Source: Octopus sinensis | Taxonomy: Eukaryota | Direction: 5' to 3' | Length of the DNA: 22,949 nt | Assembly (NCBI RefSeq): GCF_006345805.1 | Contig: NW_021836725.1 | Coordinates: 1 to 22,949 of the forward strand | Shown here: positions 9,560 to 20,058 of the stretch, piece by piece | Layout of the letters: each line of letters opens with the position of its first letter | Numbering within the stretch: position 1 is the stretch's first letter | Made by a program: the position numbers and the translations under genes | Notes under the pieces: model-generated | Databases searched by the model: none | Seen by the model: only the letters and a program-made list of their open reading frames with translations | What the model was told of the DNA's origin: nothing

Positions 9560-10040
9560 TGAATAAGATGAGAGTTGAGACGGAAAGGGAGAGGGAGGTG
9601 GTGGGGGTGGAAAAGTGGAAGTTATTAGAATCGTTGTAATAGAAAGAAAGGGAGAAAAAAAGAAAACAACGAAAGGGGGAGGTAAATGATTGGGAAAGTG
9701 TAGGAGAAAGGAAAGGAGAATAAAGAAAAGGGAAATTATGTAACAAAGAGAGAGAGGGAGAGGGGGGAAGGGGAAGGAATTTAAAGGATTTGATAACGGT
9801 AAAAAGTTGAGAGAAAACTAAGATAAAAGAAGGGAAAATGAAAATAGATGCAGAAAGAGGAGGAGGAGGAGATAAAGTGAAAGAAATAGTGAGAATGAAA
9901 GGAAAGAAGAAAAATCTTGAAGCTATGGAGTTCTCAATGAGGACCCAGTCGAATGTAGAATAGCAAGGGGCACAAAATTAGCGCCGTCGAGAGAAGAGAA
10001 GTGTAGAGTAAGCTACACAAAAAAGGAAAGGAAGAAGATC
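9560..10040. repeat. Purine-rich (GA-rich) low-complexity tract
   Basis: Strong A/G bias on + strand; pyrimidine-rich on the gene's sense strand. Confidence 0.8.
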
Positions 10041-10227
10041 TACCCCTACCACACACACATACACACACATAGATGTGTGTGTGAGAAGGAAATAAAAATC
10101 ATCCCAAAAGCATCTACTGACCATGCCAGATGCATTTCAGCCTCGTTGAGCCTCGTCAATGGTAAGTTCTCACAGCAAACAGCAAGCTTAGACGATATTT
10201 GTCCCCTCATTACTTTTCATTACTTTT

Positions 10228-10651
10228 AAGGCGGCGAGCTGGCAGAATCGTTAACACGCCGGGCGAAATGCGTAGCCGTATTTCGTCTGCCGTTACGTTC
10301 TGAGTTCAAATTCCGTCGAGGTCGACTTTGCCTTTCATCCTTTCGGGGTCGATAAATTAAGTACCAGTTACGCACTGGAGTCGATGTAATCGACTTAATC
10401 CGTTTGTCTGTCCTTGTTTGTCCCCTCTGTGTTTAGCCCCTTGTGGGTAATAAAGAAATAGGTATTTCGTCTGCCGTTACGTTCTGAGTTCAAATTCCGC
10501 CGAGGTCGACTTTGCCTTTCATCCTTTCGGGGTCGATAAATTAAGTACCAGTTACGCACTGGGGTCGATGTAATCGATTTAATCCGTTTGTCTGTCCTTG
10601 TTTGTCCCCTCTGTGTTTAGCCCCTTGTGGGTAGTAAAGAAATAGGTATTT
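10228..10651 (+). mobile_element. SINE family B with 184-nt tandem duplication of the body
   Basis: gtatttcgtctgcc at 10278 and 10462, gtattt at 10646; tatttgtcccctc flanks at 10196-10208 and 10647-10659. Confidence 0.93.
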
Positions 10652-11011
10652 GTCCCCTCTGATATATACTGAAAAACATAACTATTGCGACTAGCCACCT
10701 GATGAACAGTTGTGAGAAAACAACCTGTGCAATGAAATGGTTTTAAACCAAGTTTCAGTAGAGCCTAATCTAAACATTCTTGGTAATGCCGTGACTAAAA
10801 CTTGTACAGAGCGTGCTACGTACTGGACACAGAATAACGCATACCTTGTAAGGTGAAGTCCTAAAACCCGAGATGCTGATCTCCTTTGCCTATGCAGTCA
10901 AAATCGTAAATGAAGTTCATTTTGGCAAAGTTCTTCGGATACAGCAGTTTACAAGTTAACTGAAATTGCGGGCACAAATCGAAATAGACTTAATGATATA
11001 TGCATAAGTGG

Positions 11012-11386
11012 TGGAAGCACTCCGTCGGTTACGACGACGAGGGTTCCGGTTGATCCGAATCAACGGAACAGCCTGCTCGTGAAATTAACGTGTAAGTGGC
11101 TGAGCACTCCATAGACACGTGTACCCTTAACGTAGTTCTCGGGGATATTCAGCGTGACACAGAGAGTGACAAGGCCGGCCCTTTGAAATACAGGTACAAC
11201 AGAAACAGGAAGTAAGAGTGAGAGAAAGTTGTGGTGAAAGAGTGCAGCAGGGATCACCACCATCCCCTGCCGGAGCCTCGTGGAGCTTTAGGTGTTTTCG
11301 CTCAATAAACACTCACAACGCCCGGTCTGGGAATCGATCCTATGACCGCGAGTCCGCTGCCCTAACCACTGGGCCATTGCGCCTCC
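11012..11386 (-). mobile_element. tRNA-derived SINE family C with 10-bp TSD
   Basis: Head ggaggcgcaatggcccagtggttagggcagcggactc...tcgattccc; ATGCATAAGT at 11000-11009 and 11387-11396. Confidence 0.88.
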
Positions 11387-11427
11387 ATGCATAAGTAATA
11401 TCAGGTGGCAATATCTTTGGTGTCATT

Positions 11428-11675
11428 AAGGCGGCGAGGTGGCAGAAACGTTAACACGCCGGGCAAAATGCTAAGCGTTATTTTGTCTGTCTTTACTTTC
11501 TGAGTTCAAATTCCGCCGATGTCGACTTTGCTTTTCACCCTTTCGGTGTCGATAAATTGGAGTACCAGTTGCGTACTGGGGTCAATCTAATCGACTGGCA
11601 CCCTCTCCCAAAATTTCAGGCCTTGTGCCTAGAGTAGGAAAAAATCGTTAGCACGCCGGGCGAAATGCTTAGCGG
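11428..11675 (+). mobile_element. SINE family B (variant tail) followed by a second head fragment
   Basis: Homologous to 9011-9243; second aatcgttagcacgccgggcgaaatgcttagcgg at 11643-11675. Confidence 0.88.
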
Positions 11676-11678
11676 ACA

Positions 11679-11848
11679 GTTCGTCGGACAGTTTTGTTAA
11701 TAAAACTGTCCGACGAACGGAAACGTGAAACTCTGAGTAACAGCTTTTGTTATATTTCTGCTGCTTTTAAATAAAGCATATTACTCTACCTCTGGTATTT
11801 GAGTATTATTTTCTCCACCTTGTTTCACATTTATGTGTTTACTCCGGT
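11679..11848 (+). mobile_element. Penelope-type terminal-repeat fragment with 5' fold-back
   Basis: Reverse complement of 15532-15680 and 674-838; 17-bp perfect inverted repeat 11679-11695 / 11702-11718. Confidence 0.75.
11706..11743 (+). ncRNA. Minimal type I hammerhead ribozyme, CCGACGA core variant
   Basis: ctgt-CCGACGA-acg-GAAA-cgt-GAA-ACTC-T-GAGT-A-acag: stems I, II (GNRA loop) and III all pair; GUA triplet; U4 is C. Confidence 0.7.
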
Positions 11849-11963
11849 ATATATATATATGTGTATATCCTTAAATCCTTAAATCCTTAAAAATGTTTTA
11901 GCCCGAAGGCCGCGGCCATGCTGGGGCACCAATATATATATGTGTGTGTGTATTCTGAGACCC

Positions 11964-12025
11964 CCTTCGGTCACGACACTGACCATGGGATTGCACCTAG
12001 AAAGTTACCCTCCCAGGCACAAGTC
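11964..12025 (-). mobile_element. SINE family D 3' tail fragment
   Basis: Reverse complement ggacttgtgcctgggagggtaactttctaggtgcaatccc resembles 6528-6570. Confidence 0.55.
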
Positions 12026-12051
12026 CTCCCAGGCATATATATGTATATATA

Positions 12052-12057
12052 TGTCTG

Positions 12058-12103
<46 letters not shown>

Positions 12104-12120
12104 GATCTCTCTATCTTCTG

Positions 12121-12170
<50 letters not shown>

Positions 12171-12178
12171 GTCTGTCT

Positions 12179-12230
<52 letters not shown>

Positions 12231-12262
12231 CTATCTATCTATCTATCTATCTATATTATCTG

Positions 12263-12331
<69 letters not shown>

Positions 12332-12332
12332 A
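12052..12332. repeat. (TATC)n/(TGTC)n tetranucleotide array
   Basis: Direct reading. Confidence 0.97.
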
Positions 12333-12699
12333 TATAAAATTATATACCCGTGTATGTGTGTAGGCATGTATTCATGCATCTATGTGTGTGTGAGCGTTGT
12401 CTGTGCTGAAGTTCAACGTTTTCCCCGGCAAACCGTTGAACAATTTGTTTCATTTGACTTTACGAGAAATTCTTTTCGAATAAAAAACAAAAACAAAAGC
12501 AAAAAAACACACACACACAACAAAAGCATTAAAAGTAAAAAGAGACTAAAAAAAGCAAAATGAAAAAATCAATGACAGAAAATAACAAAGCAACAGCAAA
12601 AAAAGCCAGAAACGAAACAAAAGATTTACCATTATTTAGATCTGAAATAATTCACTACCAAACTAATCATTGGATGGTAACCACCAATACTAGCGCCCA

Positions 12700-12817
12700 C
12701 ACACCTTACCACCACCACCACCACCTACTACTACTACTACTACTACTATCACCACTACCATCACCTTCACCATCGCCATCAACTGTATCACCACCACCTG
12801 CTCCACCTACTACTACA

Positions 12818-12848
<31 letters not shown>

Positions 12849-13280
12849 TCAACAACACTCATTATTAGCATCACTGGCACAAGAAATACAATCATTACCA
12901 CCACCACCACCATTACCACTCTCTCCTCCACCACTATAACCACTACTGCAACCTTTAGTTCCACCTGTATCAATACCGGCGGCGCATCCACCGTCACCAG
13001 CGGCACCACTGACGCTACTTCTACCGGCACCTCCGCTCCCAGCAACTGTCTTCATCAGCAATAACATCACCGCCGCCGCCGCCATCGCCACCACCACCAC
13101 CAACAGCAACAACAACAACAACAACACTATCACCACCACTATCTTCCCTCCCACCGCTACCGATAAGGTCACTACAACCTTTACAACAACCTCCGCCTTC
13201 TCCTCTCCTCTTCCTCCACAAGTACCACTACCACCATCACCACCACCACCTCTTACGAAGCAAAACAACAACAACAAAAT

Positions 13281-13334
<54 letters not shown>

Positions 13335-13335
13335 T
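12700..13335. repeat. Degenerate trinucleotide low-complexity region (CAC/CTA/CCG/CAA) ending in (CTA)n
   Basis: Direct reading; the ORFs here are repeat-derived. Confidence 0.85.
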
Positions 13336-13529
13336 ACTTACTACTACTTAAACTAAAAAGCTTGCATTTATTTGTCTGGGATTTTTTTTTCTTTCCTTTT
13401 CGGAAGATGTGAACGAAATTTTTTTCAAACGAAGGTAATTTATGTTTCCCATGGCCTTCCGTACATAATTGACCTTCTTATTTCGTTATTTCGTTAATCA
13501 ACTTGAAACATGGACTGCATTGTAAAACT

Positions 13530-13659
13530 GCGTGTGTGTACGTGTGTGTATGTGTGTGTGTGTATGTGTGTGTTTGTATGTATATATATATATATAATAT
13601 ATATATATATTATATATATATATACATATATATGTATGCACATATATATATATGTAGAC

Positions 13660-13721
<62 letters not shown>

Positions 13722-13941
13722 TATGTACACACACCACATATATATGCACACACAGGTGTCTCTGTGTTTCTCTGTGTGTTTTTGTGTTATTTTACGTATA
13801 GAAGACGGAAAAATGTAATATTATTTACGGGAATGGAATCTTTTGTCTATCGTACGACGTCCGGCTGTGCAAACAACAGCACCAAGGAAACTGATAAGTA
13901 CATCCGTATAAATTAGAAGCTTATACTAGCAGCTCGTACAG

Positions 13942-13992
<51 letters not shown>

Positions 13993-14022
13993 AATATATT
14001 ATATATATATATATATATATAT
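13530..14022. repeat. (TG)n/(TA)n microsatellites (13530-13750 and 13943-14022)
   Basis: Direct reading. Confidence 0.9.
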
Positions 14023-14116
14023 GTAGAAGGTTGAAAAGGAACACACGAGTTGATATATAATATGGAACAGAAAGTCAAGATAGAAAATTGCTAAAATAAT
14101 TTTATAAAAAACATTT

Positions 14117-14152
14117 CAGTACCGGTTTCAAGCATTTAGACTTTTTCAACTG
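14117..14152 (-). ncRNA. Degenerate hammerhead-like motif with palindromic ACCGGU stem III
   Basis: cag-TTGAAAA-ag-tctaaatg-ct-t-GAA-ACC-GGT-A-ctg; the core differs from CUGANGA at positions 3 and 8. Confidence 0.4.
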
Positions 14153-14330
14153 TAGGTATGGGAAAACAATTAAATTTTGGGAAAATTAAGAGAAAAGATT
14201 TTTTATAGAATATTTGCATATTCTTCGAAAAAATATAATTGGCAGTTTCCTTACATCTGCCTGTCTGTCTCTCTTGTTTACTCTGGTACTTGAATATTAA
14301 TGACCTGTAGGGACACCGTGTTTCGCTATG

Positions 14331-14629
14331 CCAAGGCTGAAAGGCAAAGTCGGCCGAGGCGGCATTTGAACTCAGAACGTAGAGACAGATGAAATACCTA
14401 TTTCTTTACTACCCACAAGGGGCTAAACAGGGAGAGGACAAACAATGACAGACAAATGGATTAAGTCGATTACATTGACCCCAGTGCATAACTGGTACTT
14501 ATTTAATCGACTCCGAAGGGATGAAAGGTAAAGTCGACCTCAGCAGAATTTGAACTCAGAACGTAACGGCAGACGAAATACGGCTACGCATTTCGCCCGG
14601 CGTGCTAACGTTTCTTCCAGCTCGTCGCC
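14331..14629 (-). mobile_element. SINE family B plus partial second tandem unit
   Basis: Same aaagaaataggtatttc junction and 184-nt period (14581 vs 14397) as 10228-10651. Confidence 0.9.
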
Positions 14630-14814
14630 ATATACATACATCGATATATATATATCACTAGGCTAATCAGGTTGAGTAGATCAATATGAATTCGCTGGAT
14701 GTGATGTAATAATTTGTACAGAAGATTTGGCGGAATATAACTAAGTGCATCTAAGTGCATCAGTTCGGATTAACTAAATTGATCCTAATGAACGCACTAG
14801 TCAAATCCACTTAC

Positions 14815-14845
<31 letters not shown>

Positions 14846-14933
14846 CATACAACATACAAACATACATACATACATAATACATACATATATGTATATTTGT
14901 ATAATATATTATATATATTATATATATATATAT

Positions 14934-14973
<40 letters not shown>

Positions 14974-15051
14974 TCTATATATATATGTGTGTGTGTGTGT
15001 TATATATATGTATATATATATGTAATATATATAATATATATATTTATATAC

Positions 15052-15135
<84 letters not shown>
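14815..15135. repeat. (TACA)n/(TA)n/(GA)n microsatellites
   Basis: Direct reading. Confidence 0.95.
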
Positions 15136-15137
<2 letters not shown>

Positions 15138-15447
15138 AAACAAAACTACAGGATCTAATCTAAAGCAGATACCGGGATTAGTGATGTGGGGTTGTTTATC
15201 GGTTAAATGGATCAATGATAAGGAATGCAATCTCGAAATGGTTAAATTTATTATAGTTCACACTTTTCCTTATTATCATATTGCCAGATAAGCATTGTAG
15301 AATTTCGGTGTATCCTGCTCTCTAAAATGTATAGAGTATATATTTTTCTTTTTTTCTAATTTCTCTCTGCTTCCTTTGTGTGTATGTGTACACACTCTCA
15401 CACACACAAATGCATGCATGCATGCATACATAAATGTATCATAATTG

Positions 15448-15482
<35 letters not shown>

Positions 15483-15531
15483 CACACACACATATATATC
15501 TGTTTGTCTGTCTGTATATATATATAGATAG

Positions 15532-15680
15532 ACCGGAGTAAACACATAAATGTGAAACAAGGTGGAAAAAAGAGTACTCAAATACCAGTGGTAGAGTAAT
15601 ATGCTTTATTTTAAGCAGCAGAAAATTCAACAAAATCTGTTACTCTGAGTTTCTCGTTGCCGTTCATCAGACAGTTTTTG
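15532..15680 (-). mobile_element. Penelope-type terminal-repeat fragment
   Basis: Homologous to 11702-11848 and 674-838; carries a hammerhead; same strand as the Penelope-like ORF ~1 kb away. Confidence 0.75.
15637..15674 (-). ncRNA. Minimal type I hammerhead ribozyme with intact CUGAUGA core
   Basis: ctgt-CTGATGA-acg-GCAA-cga-GAA-ACTC-A-GAGT-A-acag; the only defect is an A-A mismatch at the base of stem II (paralog 11706-11743 has A-U). Confidence 0.75.
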
Positions 15681-16671
15681 CTAGAATGGAACTTATATAT
15701 TAATTCAATCTATACTCTTACAAACGCTACACCTTTAAAAAGAAATGGACTTGTTTGATTGGCCCTTTAGAGAAAACGGTCAATCTTCGAGCGATAAACA
15801 AAAAGGTCAAAAATATATGTATATATATATAAAAAAACTTATAAAAATTATAAAATCCGAGGAAAAAACCGAGGAAAAACCTATTGCCGTTAATGAAGAC
15901 AGTACAAATTAATGCATAGAAATTAAACCTGTTATAAATACTGCAATACATATTTATATTAAAATTACATATATATATCAACATACACAAAAGGATGCGC
16001 GTAAACGCCATACATACATATACAGACGTATGAATATGAATTTAAATATACACATAAAAGCATGTGTACATATATTCACGCAAACCGTCTCGCACGCAAG
16101 CTAAAATTCATCTATGTAGCAATTCTCATATACTGAGCAAGGAGGGGGAACGAAAGAAAGGGAAAGAGAAAAAGGAACGAAGGAGGGGTGGAGAAAACTT
16201 GTAACGATGTTATTGGCATCTATAGAGGCCAGTATACATACACAAGTTTGAATTGATACATATACATACCGTCGTGTATATGTGTGCTTAAGCACAAGCA
16301 TACTTTCACTTACACATACACAGATACGCATGCTTACAAATACATATGCTTTGCTATACACATACTTATATAAACATTCTAATTTTGACAACATTGCTTT
16401 TTTTTAAAAAAACATTGCTTTTAAAAAATGGGTGCATTAATAAAAATATATACGAAAGACATATAAAATAAAATATAACATCCTATTTGGGTCATTTATA
16501 AATAATCAAGGTAATATAAATAATCAAGGTAATCCTATGCAATACAATAACATGAAAACAAAGTTTGTAGGTTTTTCCTAATATATATGTAGAAACAAAG
16601 ACTTTGCTATAAATCCGTCGTAGGCTCAAGAGTCAAAATCAAAATCAAAATCAAAATACAAAATATATACT

Positions 16672-18019
16672 CTATCCATATGGTATATTTATATTCGACA
16701 TTTTAAATTTAGCCGCGTGCCTACATAAGTTCATTAACTCACTTCTTGATTCAAAGAATTATTGTCTTTGAATAAGATGTGCATTTTCTCTAATAGGCAA
16801 AGTCGCACTTGAAATTATATTTGTAAGCTCCATGCCTGTATGGTGCCGCCCTGTCCAGAATGCTCCATGTCACGTTGAAAGTTGGGGCTTCCTTTTCTTT
16901 TAGTTCCCAGACGTATTTTGCTAGGCTGTTTTCTTCCTATTCTCTGGGTATTTAAAAGAATTCTTATGAGAATAAAATCTTGTTTTAAATGAATTTTCTG
17001 AAGCCCCTGTGTATGTCTTGTATTCCGATGAGCCTTCCACTTGCACCTTGGCTCTATAAACTACTCCTTTCACTAACATTTCCCTTCTAACGGACAGGAG
17101 CTTTCGTTTTTGAAATTACATTTCTTAATGGGCTCGGCCCATGTCTAATCTCAATTAGCTTCCTATTATGTTGGCTAATGTAAGAGGCGAAATTTCTGCA
17201 ACAAGAATAGCTAACCTTCAGGGTTCTTCTATTAAATATTCTGTAGAATTTATGACCCTGCTTAAAATGCTTAGAGACTAATCTCAAAAATTCCTTACCT
17301 ATATTAGTCTTTACGGCCAAATTGAAAGCCGGGTTGAACCACAAAACTTTCCTGGTCCTAGTTCTTCGTGCAGCATTATTATTAGCATTAAGCTGGTTGA
17401 ACTGGATCTTCTCCGAGAATCCACTATTCTTTAATGCGCTATCGTAATAAGGTGCAGCATTATGGAATGCTGCCTCGTCCGAAGAAATTGAAGATATTCT
17501 TCTACCTACATTGCTGACTAAGTTGCTAAGGAAACTGGTGGATGGTTCGAATCTTTGCTAATATACGATAGCTTTTCATTGGGCTTACGGAAAGGTTTAA
17601 ATCTATCCGATCTTACATTAAAATTTACGTCTAAAAAATCTACACTATTCAGGTTAGCATCTATCGTAATCCGTAAGCCCATCCTTTGAAAGAAGCTATA
17701 AGGTCCTTCCTAAGTCTATCTGATTCATGGCCGTTTAGATTATGCGTGGCTATAAGGCCGTCATCCCTATATAAACCTGCATCTATAAATGGGAATTCTA
17801 TTTTAGATTATGGAGAATAAAGGCTCCTATGAGCATACATAATTCAGCCCCGTCGCATGCCCCCATCGGTACATCGAAAAGAGAATCCTCAGTCTTCTTA
17901 ATCCAGGTGGAATCCTCGAAAAAAAGAAGCGATTTTCTCGCATGCATAATAATTTCAATTTCCGAGCTATCGATGTTGACATACTGCTTGGCGAAGTCCA
18001 ATGCCCTTAGGAGCACGTT
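16672..18019 (-). mobile_element. 5'-truncated, frameshifted Penelope-like element (RT + C-terminal GIY-YIG endonuclease), Naiad-like
   Basis: FDVPMGACDGAELC, YRDDGLI (17771-17751), VDFLDV, KPFRKPN, SNHPP, WFNPAF...KTNIGKEFL...LKVSYSC, CNF..SSCPLEGKC, GVVY..TYTG...FKTRFYSH, LAKYVWELK, CDFCLLEK, LCRH, then TAG at 16674-16672; several frameshifts. Clade assignment is from memory. Confidence 0.9.
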
Positions 18020-18040
18020 TGCTCCTAAGGCATTGGACTT

Positions 18041-18047
18041 GTATATG

Positions 18048-18078
<31 letters not shown>

Positions 18079-18190
18079 TATATATAATATATATATAATA
18101 TATATATATATATAATATACATATAAATATATATATAATATACATATACATATATATATATGTGCATATTCACGCATATATGCATATGTG
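18041..18190. repeat. (TA)n microsatellite
   Basis: Direct reading. Confidence 0.95.
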
Positions 18191-18698
18191 GTTGGGAATG
18201 AGCGTTTGTATGTGTGTGTCTATGTGTATGTTTTAATGAAGCCGATGCCCAAATTTAGCCAGTCCAAGGAGCATGATATCAGCCAGCTTGAATTCCTTCA
18301 AGCGATTTTCAAACCATAAGTACCATGGACTAATTTCAATGAATGAATGAATTAGTTAATTAATTAGTTAATTAATCTATGCTGTCAACATTTTAAATAT
18401 TATGCATATTAGACTGGTCGGTTTAGCAGAGTCCTAAGTGCATACATTATAATTAATTACACGCTTCTAAACACTTCGGTTTCACTTCGCCAACACCGCC
18501 GCTATCCTGTATGCCTGTAGCAAACATTCGAACCCTGTTTCCCGTCCCAACTAATGTCATCACTTTTCCCTGTTCGTGTTTGTCAGAGATGATCAACAAA
18601 CAGAGTCATGATCTCGTATTTCCTCGCCGGATGAGGCTTTAGGAAAAAAAAAAAAGATTTACGTATTGAGCATCAGTTTTCACTTTTAGCATAATATA

Positions 18699-18942
18699 CA
18701 GGTTTGGCTAAAAGTCAACCGACAGTAAAAAAAAATTCCATAAATACTTAATATTCAGTTTTTTTTATTCATTCCAATTATGAATGTTTAATAATTGAAT
18801 GATGTGAATTAGAATCATCGCTTTTTTTTTTCTTCTAATACTTGTCTATTTATTAGCGAAGTCTCATATAAAATAATTATTTGTTTTAATCTTGGAGCTG
18901 CATTGTTTTGATTTACTGTCACGTGACTTTTACCCAACCCTA
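18699..18942. mobile_element. Tc1/mariner-type MITE
   Basis: Left TA|CAGGTTTGGCTAAAAGTCAACCGACAGTAAA; the right end reverse-complemented reads AGGGTTGGGTAAAAGTCACGTGACAGTAAA (25/30 match); AT-rich non-coding interior. Confidence 0.7.
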
Positions 18943-19100
18943 TGTTTTAAAAGTATGAAGTTTTAAGTATACATTATATATATATATATATAAACAATAG
19001 CAGTATGGAAGGTATTTATAAGCCATTTAAGAAACATACAAAATCCGTTAGATTCACTTCAGCATTTAAATTTAATTTGACAAAATATTTTCGTCGCTTT

Positions 19101-19290
19101 GAGACCGCGACCTGTTCACTGACAAAATTCTGTGCTGCATTTGAGCTAGGTTCTGGGTTCAAATTCGGCCGAGTTCGACTTTGCCTTTCGTTCTTTGGGG
19201 CCGATAAATTAAGTACCAGTGGAACACTGAGGTCGATGGAGTCGACTAGTCTCCTCCCCACAATTGCAGGCCTTGTCCAGTTAATAGAAA
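19101..19290 (+). mobile_element. Diverged SINE family B (variant tail)
   Basis: gggttcaaattcggccgagttcgactttgcctttc...ccgataaattaagtaccagt. Confidence 0.8.
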
Positions 19291-20006
19291 GGATTATTAT
19301 ACATTTATTGGTTAACAACTTAACCTACAGACTCTATGCTTGTATTAAACTGGATCACAGATCCACCCCAGGTGCATAGACAAATCGCCTGAAAAGATTA
19401 TGGGTTCTTTAAAGCTGGAGCAAATATAAATACAGGTCAGCTGAAGCGAGGATAACTGACACCTCACCATAACCATCACCACTATCACCACCATCACCAC
19501 CAGCAGTGACAGCAATATTAACAAAAAGGTTAGCCGAGCAACTTTCATATTGGTTGGCTCATTCTTTATAGATTCCGGCAGATTTGAACGTGAGTATGTT
19601 AATCGCTGTTGTATTGTGTCATTAGAAATCAACTGCTTTCAGACGGATATATGTTCATAAGCTCAATCTATTCATTAGTGCAAGACGGACTTCAGACACT
19701 CAGAATTTCCACAACTTTGTATCTCCTCAGTCAAAGCTACCCAAAACTTATGAATCCAAGAATATTCACGTTCCAATTTGCGGTATGTAGTAAGAATGCC
19801 ATTGTTCTCATTTTCGATGTTTACTCAGAAAATAACGACTTATCATCTCTTGTATTGATAGAAGAGAAGACAAGAAGTAAGAACGATAGAGATGACAAAG
19901 TAGTGAGGTGACTGTATCCGAAAGAATATGTTCTTAGGAGGAACAGACGCAAGAAACCTGATAGTGTGTGCAATAGCATTCTCTGAAATAATAATTGTTA
20001 ACTTAC

Positions 20007-20021
20007 AACGAGGGAACGATA
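20007..20021 (-). CDS. Candidate 15-nt alternative micro-exon of the CACNG-like gene
   Basis: ttctttcttatttccacag|TATCGTTCCCTCGTT|gtaagt; phase 1-1, frame-preserving (xSFPRx). No transcript evidence is available. Confidence 0.35.
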
Positions 20022-20058
20022 CTGTGGAAATAAGAAAGAAGCATCGAAGTATACTTAC

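Noticed and set aside
10278-10651. Direct repeats suggesting a CRISPR-like array; SINE heads suggesting tRNA genes
   Set aside because: These are eukaryotic SINE duplications without spacers; the heads lack full cloverleaves and continue into SINE bodies.
10699-10730. CTGATGA...GAAA on + strand (another CTGATGA on - near 13050)
   Set aside because: Stem II and III do not close properly around the core, or there is no GAAA.
12560-13277. Pro/Thr-rich and Gly/Val-rich ORFs
   Set aside because: Degenerate trinucleotide repeats with open frames on both strands and no domain signal.
19345-19632. ORF with signal-peptide/TM-like MKVARLTFLLILLSLLVVMVV
   Set aside because: Its hydrophobicity comes largely from a (GGT/GAT)n repeat; no homology recognised.
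19824-19849. Possible 24-nt exon after a long pyrimidine tract (minus)
   Set aside because: Weak donor (gtaaac) and it would create T+AG stop; no independent support.
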